Below the pieces are notes generated by a model. The model was given only the letters and a program-made list of their open reading frames with translations. It was not told the DNA's origin and made no database searches. Positions 40,043 to 51,777 of a stretch of 64,000 bases of DNA are shown one piece after another. Position 1 is the first letter of the stretch; every line of letters starts with the position of its first letter. The stretch lies in contig RHPI01003369.1 of NCBI GenBank assembly GCA_009103225.1, forward strand, positions 1,315,218 through 1,379,217. The letters are read 5' to 3'. Source of the DNA: Chlorokybus atmophyticus (lineage: Eukaryota > Plantae > Mesostigma and Chlorokybus algae). The position numbers were made by a program, and so were the translations under genes.

Positions 40043-43000
40043 TCACTGCATTGACAAAGATGGTCTACGCCGGGCTGCATGTGACGTTGCCAGTCCCTGC
40101 ACATCAGCATGAAGTTGTCAAATATTGCTTCATGCAATGGCATGTATAAGAGAACAGCTGCGCAGTAGTGTAATCCACACCAACAAACCAATCATACTGT
40201 ACCTTGGCCATCAGCTCAGCATAGGCGCCCTCAACACACTTCTTGAGATTGCGGTAGGACACAACAAGCATAGAGCGCTCATCGCGACTCATTAGCAGGA
40301 TTTTTTCCGCGACGCCGGCATCTAGCTTATTAAGACACTCAATGACGTGACCCCAGTCAATGACTGGAGAGCCGTCCTCTGCCGTCTGGTGGAAGACGAA
40401 GTCACGAAACAACTTGAGCAAATAGCGATCCCCGGTTTCGCTCCACCCCGCTTCACCCGCGTCACCATCGGGCCTTTCGTTGATTGTGCCCAGCTTGACC
40501 AGCAGCCTGAATAGACGCCCATTTTCACTCTCTAAAGCCAACTCTGATAAGAGTCGATCCGCATGTGTTGCTGCCTGTTATACAACGCAAAATATGCATC
40601 AGCCTGAACTCAACATGGAAAGCAAAATTGCAGACAATGCTCGCATCCTTGTCGGCATTCAACGCGCATGTCAATACCTGTTCGACTTCATCAAAGGCGC
40701 GCTCTCCTAGTCGTGCGCACAGCTGCCTCGCAGTTCTGATGTCACTGCCTTCAGGTCCAGGCGCTCCCGACATCAACAAGCTGCTGATAAGACGCTGCAA
40801 TTCTGGGGAGTAGTGTGCTGCGACAAACTAAAAACACATCCTCGTGTCAGTGTGCTATCCCCGCGCCAAAACGACCGCCAGCGTGACGTCAGAGTGATGA
40901 CAATCACCAAGTTAGAGCCGGGACACGGATCCAGACACGGAACAACTATGATGATGTCTGTAGTCCACTATGCATGCACAACACAAGGCAAATGTGTCAT
41001 GTTGTGCAGACATGGCACAGACTGCAGGTGCAGCAACAACTGTAAACAGGTCATTACTCCGACAGGTTGAAGCCAACATTGTGCGGAGCTCTCATGTAAG
41101 ACGATTGCTGTTGTGGGCACCCAGCCACTTGCCAGGCTGATGCATTGCTGTGGTGGTTGGCGCCATCATCACGGACTAGCACAAGCAATAAACATGCCAG
41201 TAACTTAAGAAGGCTATGGGTCTGATCCCAGAGGGTGCTTGAAAGCCAAAACCAGCAAACCATTACAAGACACAAAAAAAGAAAGTTTCCACTAGCACAT
41301 GGCACACTGGAGGTGCATACCTCCAGACTGGCATTGGAAGTTGAGCCACAGGCGAGTGCTAGCAGAAGCCTGCCAATGCTGACCAGGTCCTCAATCTGCA
41401 CAGTGAGGCTATTTACAAGCAGCACTGCACAGAGCGGCTCGTGACATATCGGGCATAAAAGTGGCATTCTGACAGTCATGGCTCCACGCTTTGATGGCGA
41501 AAACATACCTGAAGGATGCGAGGATCTTCAGTAGGGTCCCCATGCAGGATGTTTGCCAATCCAACAGTCCCAATACGTAGTCGCCCTCGGCTTGTCAGCA
41601 GCACCTTGGAGGGGTGTAGGCTTGCTGAGCGAAAAGTCAGCCCCTTTGCGTGAGTTGCTCTGAGCGCGGTTGCCAATTGCACAGCATAACTCCAAAGCTC
41701 ATCTTCGGAGACTGAGACATGAACAATGCCTGAAGCTCCAGCCTGATCATGAGCCAGATGCACCTTTTGCAAGGTCACGGCACCAGGATGGTACTCGTAC
41801 GAAAGGAACAACGCAGCGCTATCCTCCATGTCACGGCTGACAAAGGCTTCCAAAGGTGGACAAATGTGCGGGTGGCCGACCATCTGCGACCACCTATCAA
41901 CAACATCTTTGGCAGCTGCCAATAGTTCTGGAGAGGGCACCACTTGGCGGCTGCAGCACGTGCCCATCACAGTGCATTAGGGGACCGCACACGACAGTGC
42001 CAGCTGAAAGAAGCAGAGACAATGATAGTTGGTGCTGCAGTATACCTGTCAATGCGGACAAGAGCATACGCAGCACCGTCTGTGGAGGATATGCCTTTCA
42101 CGTGTGTTGTCCTGATACCGAGAACAGCACTTGGAGCATCCTCGTTCGAGGCCATGTCCTCGAGTGGGTAAAGGGTATGATACTTGTGCAACATATCCGG
42201 CAAGTCAATGCTGTCGCGCTCAGGATCCAGCTGGGCTTGCACGAGGGCAGTCCGCGTGCGCAACTCCTGTGAACAGATAACGTCCATGACCCTATTCAAT
42301 ACTTAGTAACCAAAGGCAACACTTGAACAGGTATTACTACTGCAGCAGAGCAGGCTTTTTACTCAGTACAATATATGAATGAAGTATACCTGCTGAAGTG
42401 ACTCTGCCATAAACCGTGCTGACAGTTGGCTGTGGCCTGGCAGCTGCAAACCTCTGGCCATCTTTGATCGCAAATCTGGCAAACCTGCAGGTGCAGCAGA
42501 GGCATACCCTTGCGTAAACGGCATGCTCTGCATGGCAGCTATGCTTGGGCCTGAGACACCCTGGCCTGGACCGAAGAAGTAGGTTGCGCCTCCTCGCGTG
42601 GTTGCAGCAACCTGCGCCACCTGTCGCTGCTGCTGTTGCTGCTGCTGCTGGAAGCCCAGTTGCCAAGAACTGTCGAACGAGTTACTCCTTGCAGATGCCG
42701 TGGGCGGCGAGACGGCTCGCATGTCCGACTGCCCCATTGGCTGTTGTGCCGCCCCTGCCAGAATGGAACAAGCGGCACTGTTACACAGCCTACTAAACAG
42801 CGCCGTCAAACACCCTTGTCTTGGCTGATGCTGCTTACCAGACATCATGCGAGCTTGCAACTGCGCCATAATATTTGCATTGCCAGAGCTCTGTCGCCCC
42901 ACATTGCCATCCAAAGAGAGGCCCCCAAGAGACATCTCTGGTGGCTGCGGCACTGCGTAAGCTGCTGACGTCGGGGGAGACACCATGCCCAAAGCGGGGT

Positions 43001-44585
43001 CATCACCTTCGGGCAGGCGGTAAGGGCCCATGGTCGGGGAGTCATGCACCGGCTTGTATGCTTGGGAGTTTTGATTGTTGCCGAGCGCATTGCGGGACTG
43101 TGGGATGAAGGCCGGAGCAGATGCAACCGTGCTCAGACTGGGCACAAACGGCGCCGCCTTCATCGCTGCAGCCATGCTGATGTTTGACTGTGCACTGCCT
43201 GGAACAAACGGGGGAGCATGCACGTTGGTCAGCGTTGTGCTGGAGCCGCTGCTGGCGGTGTTGTTGCCATCAACAAACGTGCTGTTGCTGTTGGCATTGC
43301 TCGCGGCAGCGCCAGTAGGCTTTGCACTCCACGCGCTCAGCACCACGCGCTGCGCAATGGACGCTGGCACAAACACTGGGGCTCCAACGGGCAGCCTCTG
43401 TGGAGTGGGAGGCGCTGATGTTGAACTCATTGTCGCAGAAGAGGCGGGGCTCGCTGCCGCAGGAGGCGTGCCGGGCACTATGCCTGCACGCGACGATGGC
43501 TGTGACGCGATCAACGAATTGGGCTGCGAGTTGAGCGCGGGACGACTGATCGACAACAGCCCTGATCCTGAACTCCACAGCGAACCTTCTGGGCGGCGCT
43601 GCTGAGCTGTTGCTGAATTCTGCTGCGTGCTGAGGCCAAGACCCACATGTGCAATATGTTACTCTCAAGCAGGTGGCATTGCAAACATAGACTGTGCAGC
43701 AAGCTGCTTGAGCAGCATGATGAACATCCTCAACCAATTGTTGATTTCGAATGTCCAGCGCTAACCTGGACCTAGACGATGGGTCTCCCAGCAAGTAGTG
43801 CGGGATGTCAGGTATATCATGGTTGAACTCGCAACCCTTGCCCTCGAGCTGTTGGAATGCACGCACGTTCGCACCCGGCACTGACCATCCGTCCATGCAA
43901 TGCATGCAAACAGGCAGAATAATGACAAACGTGACCATCGCCTGTCAAAAAGCCTTGCTGCTGTTCGACATGACTGGCATACCAACATCCGTGCATTTAC
44001 AATGGCTAGATAGCAGAAGGTTTAATGAACTAGTTGAACACAATTGCTAGTAGACCTCATGCGCTGATGGCATAAACTATGTCCTTGCACAGTGCTAACC
44101 CAAGCAGCACCAATCAAGCAATGGCACCACTGTCAACTCTACAAGAAAAACCAAGTATACAACTTTGCTTTGCGTAGATCCATTGCATTTGCGCAAGTAT
44201 AGTGGATTCAGCTGCTGTGAGAAAGTAGGTTGCTGTTGATGACTGCAGCAACGCTGCTGCACTGAGCAGTAGTGTGGATTCAGTGTTGCAAATTGCACTG
44301 CTTACACCAGCAGCAATTGAGTGTTGCTGCGTGCATTCAAGCAGGCAAGTTGCTGTGAGTGAAACGTTCATAATGTGGTAGAAAGAAGTTGCTGTTACAG
44401 CTGCTCGCCTTGCAAAAGCCGTAAAGGAGCAAGTCCTTGCAGGCTCTCTTGCTGGTGGGGACGGCTGCGACGGACGTCGCCCCTGCGGACACCACGGGGG
44501 CGGCGAAGCTGGCACCGGACGCGACGGAGGCGGCGGAACCAGCAGCAGCAGCCCACACCGCACCCCGCTCGTGGCCAGCGCTCAT
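40043..44585 (-). CDS. PAN3: PAN2-PAN3 deadenylase subunit PAN3
   Basis: CCCH finger (ACKDLLLYGFCK|LEGKGCEFNHD), low-complexity PAM2-like region, YHTLYPLE, pseudokinase (FLSYEYHPGAVTL, EDELWSYAVQLATALRATH, LHPSKVLLT) and C-terminal knob (ENGRLFRLLVKLGTINERP, WSETGDRYLLKLFRDFVFHQ, HVIECLNKLDAG). Last exon GLATSHAARRRPSLSMQ*. Confidence 0.95.
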
Positions 44586-44923
44586 GGACAAACCCCCCAC
44601 CAGCTGCTGCCGCCCAACCCCCCAGCCTTCCGGCAAGCTTAGCCACTCGTCCGTGTCGTGTGAAAAGCGACCAGCAGCCGCCTCTACCAGCTGCGCATCC
44701 AATCCTCCTCACATCGCCGTTTTCATCCCCTCCTCGCCGCCCTCCACCACCTCCGCCTTATCATCAACCGCACCATTCGCCTCATTGCGGAAAAGGGGTG
44801 CTTCAAGATCGATCCACCTGGTTGTGTTGGCAAATTACGGAGCCAGTTCCAGCTTAAACACTTGATTTGCACTAAATCCTACCAGCAACACCCTGGCAGC
44901 CAAGCCCTCCGGCGGCGGCGGCG

Positions 44924-46771
44924 ATGGCAAGGGTGGCGTCGCTATTGCCTGCGGCAACCGAGACGGTGTGTGCTTTGGGTCTGGCGGAGCTGCTGGTGGC
45001 CCGGACGCATGAGTGCGACGAGGCGGCTGCCATGGCCTCCCGTGTGGTAACAGAGCCGAAGGTGCGTCTGGCTGGTGACGTTGGGGAGCTGGCGGAGGAG
45101 GGAGCAGCAGCAGGAGGCGGTCTAAGCAGCAGAGAAGTGGACGCCGCCTCCTCCTCTGCCGCTGCACCGCTCTGGGAGGCTGCCTGGGCGCCACGAGGCT
45201 CCGCGGCCCTCGCCCTAGTAGAGTGGGGCCTCACCGTGTACCGCGTTCATGTACAGGTAACAACATGTCACTTCATTACAACCTTGCTTGAGTCCCCACT
45301 TTTAATGTCACTTGCAGTAAGCTTGCCATGCACGCATGCTTCGCATTGTCCGTTCCATGTCATGGTTGTTACAGTCATGCATTGTAACAACCATGCGATT
45401 ACAAGCTTAGTAGAGTAGGAGTCTTATTTGTTGATTGGCATGTTGTGACAACAGTCAGGTCCAAGTGCTTCACTTGCGAGTTGTGCGCTTATTGCCCTGT
45501 GATGCCCGATCAGTCTGCCTGCGCCCCTCAGTGCATAGCTGCATGTTTTGTAAGAAACCGCAAGCAAATTGCCAGTTAATCGGAGCGGACAACGTTGATG
45601 GTCTACGTTCACTCGCTAACTGTACTACTTATTTCACCCATCCAAGGGTTATTAACTGGTTGCCAAGCGTAGGCAATATGGCACTGTGTGGCACAGGCAT
45701 GTTGTTTGTCACCGGATTGATCAGTGTGGGAGAGCTAATTCTTCGCACAATGATCAGGCGCTTTGTCAGGCGAGACCGAATGTCATTCTCACGCAGCTAC
45801 AGACGGGGCATGGGGCCACCACGCATGAACAGCTCGTACAGGCCATTGCCGAGTTGCTTGGGTACGCGCCCACCGTTCTGCACTTGGACCCGCACGATTT
45901 GGGGACCGCCATGTCAGACATGCAAAGGATTGCGGATGCATTGGGCGAGGCAAGCAGTGTGCATCCATCTGCATGTTCTCCCGAGTTTCAGATGTAAGTC
46001 AACAGTTGATTGTGCTGATGCCTTAACCTTTCTTTTGCTTCAGCCAGAACGAGGCAGAGCACTGGTGTCGGAGCTGCAACACAGGCTGAACCGCTGCTCG
46101 GAGGCAGCCTCTAGCCTTCCTCCCTCCACAGTGGCATGCTTACAGTGGAGTGACCCCGTATACATGGCAGGCGCGTGGGTACCAGAACTCATCGCCATCG
46201 CAGGCGAGTAGCACAGGCTTTCTGTACAGGTCGCTGAGGTTAGGGCAACACCTATGCTTGCAACTGTGTCAATGTATGCAGCACACCCAAACCTCGTGGT
46301 TGGTTGTTGTGTTCACAAGCTGTGCGCTGCAGGTGGCAAGGACGTGGTAGCAGTTCCAGGCAAGCCATCAGTGGCCATGTCGCACGAAACATTGGCAAAA
46401 ACCGCTTGTGATGTGCTTGTTGTAGCCATATGCGGCCTTGGCTTAGCCCCCTCGCGTAATGAGGCCCTGGAGCTTTTGCGCAAGTGTGGCCAGACCATGA
46501 AGTCAGCAGGCGATCATGTTCTGCAGGTTCGCATGGTGTCATGTGCATAGTGCTTGTTGATCGTCAAGTTTTCTGTTGTCACTCAACGTGCACTGACTTG
46601 CAGATTGCTGGCAAAGCTGTGGCGATCACAGATGCGCGCAGATTGTTTTCTCAGCCAGGTCCCAACTCCTTGGCGGAGACTGCAGAAGTCTTGTTTGCAA
46701 TATTACATCCCGGTAACGTGCGCTATGGGCACCACAACCAGTGCTGGCAACTGCTGCAACTCAGTGCATAA
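44924..46771 (+). CDS. Bacterial-type helical-backbone substrate-binding protein (BtuF/cobalamin-binding-like, TroA superfamily), 5 exons
   Basis: RVASLLPAATETVCALGLAELLVARTHECD, ARPNVILTQ, LHLDPHDL...IADALGE|PERGRALV, VACLQWSDPVYMAGAWVPELIAIAG|G, DVLVVAICG, AITDARRLFSQPGPNSLAETAEVLFAILHP. No signal peptide is visible. Confidence 0.85.
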
Positions 46772-47860
46772 TTGGCAACGACTGCTGCTGAATTGCAACA
46801 ACGTACATCTCAACATGTTATTGGTAGGGGTAGCGCATGGTGTTTGCTTTGGAATGCCTTAGTTGGGCAAGCAGTACATTCTGTTAGCCCATGTGCATAT
46901 GGATCGGCAACAACAGCATGCTTGCGTGCATCTCCGTTGTGACCTTCATGACTACCGCAAGCATGGGCACAAACGCTAACCCAACTCGCAAGCATGCAGG
47001 CATGCAATGCCACTTGGATGGTGTGCTGGTGTGTGCTGAGTGCAAGATGAGGACAACACAACCAGGTTGGTGTGCATGTGAGCTTATTCCTTTGGACAGC
47101 CTCCGATGTGATGGTTGCGGCGGCATGGTTGATATCAGTGATGTGGCGTTGCTGTGTATAGGATATGCTGCCAGTAGTTGTAGACAAGCATGACATCACT
47201 CACAGCATGCCAAACAGCATGCAAGCATATTGTAACACAACCACCGGGCTACGCACACTGTTGTTCCAAGCTCACTACGCTACACTCGTCTTGACCTCCC
47301 TGTTAGACATGCATACATGCATACGAGTAGTGCATTACCTGCCCACACGGGCTCTGTTAGTTGGCGTTGACAACGGCAGCTACAGCAGCAGCAAGGATGA
47401 CGACTCCCTCCCACCAGCTCTCCCTTCCCGCCACCAGCTCAGCTCTGCGCAGCAGCTGCTGCTGTATCGTCTCTTGTTACCCTAACCCTGGCAGTGCAAT
47501 GCCAATGTCAGCACTGCGCCGCGCAGGGCCTCTACATGGCAGTTAGGCAGGTGGTCGGTGGGGTTGGGTGGTGGGGTGTATGAGTGTCTGCATTGCACAT
47601 GAAACCATCACACGCAATATGGTCGGCACAACTGTCTGTTGTCTCCTTGGCTGTCCACTGCACTCTGCAGCATACTGCCAATAGCAGTTCGCCATAACAA
47701 ATCAGGGTAAAGGCAACGCTTGCCCCAAGCGCAGGAGAAGTCTGGCAAGCAGGTAACCCTCCTCGCCTTGCTCAAGCCAAACACTGCGGAGATGTGTGCA
47801 TGTCATACAGCCACAGCCAGCAGTCACATCAAAATAATGCAAAAGGAAGGGGGGGGGGGG

Positions 47861-48261
47861 NNNNNNNNNNNNNNNNNNNNNNNNNNNNNNNNNNNNNNNN
47901 NNNNNNNNNNNNNNNNNNNNNNNNNNNNNNNNNNNNNNNNNNNNNNNNNNNNNNNNNNNNNNNNNNNNNNNNNNNNNNNNNNNNNNNNNNNNNNNNNNNN
48001 NNNNNNNNNNNNNNNNNNNNNNNNNNNNNNNNNNNNNNNNNNNNNNNNNNNNNNNNNNNNNNNNNNNNNNNNNNNNNNNNNNNNNNNNNNNNNNNNNNNN
48101 NNNNNNNNNNNNNNNNNNNNNNNNNNNNNNNNNNNNNNNNNNNNNNNNNNNNNNNNNNNNNNNNNNNNNNNNNNNNNNNNNNNNNNNNNNNNNNNNNNNN
48201 NNNNNNNNNNNNNNNNNNNNNNNNNNNNNNNNNNNNNNNNNNNNNNNNNNNNNNNNNNNNN
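47861..48261. other. Assembly gap (~400 N) preceded by a G homopolymer
   Basis: N run seen directly. Confidence 0.97.
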
Positions 48262-49812
48262 NCAGCGCTTACAGCAACCAAGCAAATAGGCAACCATTCA
48301 ACCAACGGTTTGTCGGTGCTGTACTTGTGAAATGAGTAGTGTTTGGTGAATCAACCAACGAACGCTAGACTCTAGCTTGATATGCAGCCGCTGTGCTATA
48401 GGTTTGTCCAACATCTACTGCTTGCTGCTGCTGCCACCTACTGCCCCGCCACATTTGCACTTAGTACACATAGCGCACTTATTGTAGGCCCTGGTTTAAC
48501 TGTTGTCGTCTGTCTGTGCCTGCTAGCCTGCCGTGTGCCGTGTGACTTGTGCTATTGTGCATGCCAACGATACATACCTTGAGCAGGAGCAAGCAAGCAG
48601 GCAAATAGACAGGTTGGACGCAAGGGAAGGGATGTAACCACCTGCGCAATTGTGGCGTATCTGTTGTGGTCCAATCCATTGCCCGCCAGGCCGTGCACGC
48701 ACGGGGCCTGCCGCTCGCCTGGGCGAGTACGTTCGGCCCTGTTCAGGCCTGCGCGCTCCTACGGACGAGCGCAGGGCATGGCGTTGCTCGAAAGGGGGAG
48801 CGGCGGCGGTGGTGGCTGCGCCCGGATGGCACCCGCTGCAGGCGGCACGCCCGACGACGGAGGAGGCGGACGTGGTGCTCGCGGGAGCGGCGTAGACGCT
48901 GTTTTGCTAGCATAGCGCTAGGGCGCTGGTGTTGTGCTTGGTTGGTTGGTTGGTTAGGCATGGACGCCGTGTATATTGTGCTTGTGTTTGTGGTGTAATC
49001 AATAGTGATTGAGTGAGGGCAGATAGAATTGCAAGCGGATTGACAACACTGACAAGGAGACGCCACACGTAGGGCACAAGTCACAGACCATTGCACCAAG
49101 TAGGTTTGGAAGCAGAAGCAGGTAGTAGTACTCAGCTTCGTGGTTACCAACAATAACAACATGCACTGCAAGTGCAACTGCATTTCAGTCCGCAGTCTGT
49201 AAATACAAACAACTGTCACACCACCTCTTTGCCGAGCTGTGATTTGTTGGGAGCGGTGCACATATGCTACATGTACTATGCATGGGCAATTGCACGTCGC
49301 AGTTTTTGTATAGAGCCTGTCTGTCTTTTGTGGTCATCCACGCCTGTACGCACATCATGCTACCGTGTTTGTCTATACGTGATATACATGATGCATGCCG
49401 ATTGTGCAGACAACTGGAGCACAGTTGTCATTGGAGACTCGCGCGATTGCAGACATGACACAAGGTCAGGTGATAGGCAATCTTGCTGCGGCGGTTCAGG
49501 TGTAAACAGACGACAGCAACTGTCTGAACGCCAACCACAACCTACACCCAACTTATCCAAGCCCTGGAGAGTTGGCAGCCCCTTGGTGCCAAGCCTACTT
49601 GAGACTGCCCCTAACTACACAACATGCAAGGAGAGCACTGTTTGCAAAGGTCTCCTCAGATGTTTCCTCAACTTGTATCCCTAGGGCGCGTCTTGCCTGA
49701 GCGCACTATGCGCGGAGACGTCAGCCCTTGTCATTAACTGCGACGCTTCTGCTGAAAACCGCCCTACAACTGTGTGACTCTCTAGTGCAGACCCAGCAGC
49801 GCGCTTTTTGTG

Positions 49813-51777
49813 TTATGGCGCAAGCGCAGATGTGACGCTGCATCCAGCACTGGAGCCAATGGTGCCAGACAGGCCATCAAGGTGGATGCGACTGAACTTA
49901 ATGAGAAAGTTATAGTCTCCCCATAGGAAGACAAACGTGCGTTTGGAGGGATCCGTGTCGTGTCGGTCCTGGCAGACCCACAGGCGTCCATCAACCCACT
50001 GCGGGTGCTCAAAGTTGTGTCCCGCCACTCGCCCTTTGCCAAGGTAGCTCTCGACAACACGTAGGTTCTCCCACACTCGCCAATCGGCGCCCAACATGTG
50101 GAGCACGCCGCCGTTGCCCCCGGTGGCTGCGTCCCCGAGGAGGGCGTGCTCCATGGCGTCACGAGGCGGGTTGCTGCACAGCGTAGACGAGTCCGCCCGC
50201 CACGACACCTCACCCGCAGGAACGTTGGCATCACCCGTCACCTTGCGGCCCTGGATGTATCCCTCAACGTAGCTCACATACAGCACCTCCACGCCGTGAG
50301 GACCGTACAAACCATGCCACAGACCCTGCAAAGGCCTCTGCTCGTCATAAGGAAGCAGAGGGATGCGCCCGAAGGACACGGATGCAGACTCGCCATCTTG
50401 CTCACGCGCAGCCGCGGGAGCCGCCACTGGACCGGGCAAAGGTGGCAGCTGTATGTCCCCAGGATGATTCTGTGAAGAAATGCAGTACCAGATTGAGCAA
50501 TGATCACAAGAGTTGTGGCCGACAGAACAGTCGTGATCATGACAAGACAGCACGATGACATATACAGCTGTTTGGAAGCAACACGCGCCGGCGACTGCTG
50601 TTGTGAGTGCGTGAGCGCATCCATGGGCGTGTGCACGCATGTGCTCATGCGTGTATGTGTGCGTGTTAACCTGAAGTATGGATAGGAGGTGGTGGAGCAG
50701 CAGCGAGCGCGAGGCGTCGTTGCCATCGTCGGGTACAAAGGGTGAGGCCGTGTTGTCGTTGGGCTGCGAGCCGCTGCCGGTGTCTGCCTCCGCTGAATCC
50801 TCGGGGGGCACCAACTCGAAGCGATCGTGCCCGTGCACCCGCAGCGACGCCATGCGCGCCGGCAACGGGTTACCCAAAAGTTCTGTTCTCAACGAATGCC
50901 CGTCTGTCTCGAGTGCATCCCCCTGAATAAGACCCACGGACAACATGTGTTTGGTGATTTGTGTATTAACTTCAGCTGTCAGAAAAGTGTGACACAATCA
51001 CAAGCAACTGCAGAAGTGCCCTTGCATTGGGCAGCATAACTCATGCTGACAGTAAGGATTGCAGACACACGCACACACAGACAAGCGTCCGGGTGCACAT
51101 GCCCACACGCCCACACGCACGTGCGCTGTTACGCAATTATACCCTCACAGAGACAGACAGCCAGACAACACTGACACATGCGCGTGCCCTCGCACACACA
51201 CACACATACAGACAGATGGATAGGCAGACAAAGACACACAAACTATGCTGCTGTGTTTGTGGAAACGGGTGGCGTGCATACAGAGTTGCGTGAAGGCCCC
51301 GATTACCTGCAACCGGAGATAGGGTTTGAGATGCATGCGTCCGGAGGAGTCGGCAGGGTCAGGAACGACACGGCTGCCGCGAAGTAACCCGCCAGAAAAG
51401 CCTACATGAAGGAGGCCGCCACGTGGCGGGCGTAGCAGCGCCCACGTCCCTGTCAGGGCTATGCAGGCCCTCAGCAGCCTAAAAAGCGCCCTGCTGGACG
51501 GCACGGCCAACCGCCACTCCGCGACGACCCCGGCGGGGAGCTCCCCCGCGAAGCGCTTCTGGTTGATGGCGTTCCAGAGGAGGTCGCTGCCGCAGAGGAC
51601 GCCCAGGCGGCGGCAGACAGCAGCGCACGACGCCACGTCCGCAGGCTCTAACCTCGCCAACACCCCTATCGCCAACACCTCGTCCGGCAGCTCCACCAGC
51701 CCCATGTGGCCGAACGGGGCACGCCTGTCGCCGTCTCCCTGCACTTTGAGCATTGCAGAAGCACCGCCAGATGTCAT
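49813..51777 (-). CDS. F-box protein with C-terminal DUF3506-like domain (plant At5g39450 / FBXO31-like architecture), 3 exons
   Basis: F-box LVELPDEVLAIGVLARLEPADVASCAAVCRRLGVLCGSDLLW. C-terminal LQGLWHGLYGPHGVEVLYV...GRKVTGDANVPAGEVSWRA...YLGKGRVAGHNFEHPQWVDGRL...FVFLW...FSRI. Confidence 0.85.

Noticed and set aside
35390-48330. ORF-track entries containing X runs or SL/ER repeats
   Set aside because: Artefacts of translating N gaps and the (CT)n microsatellite.
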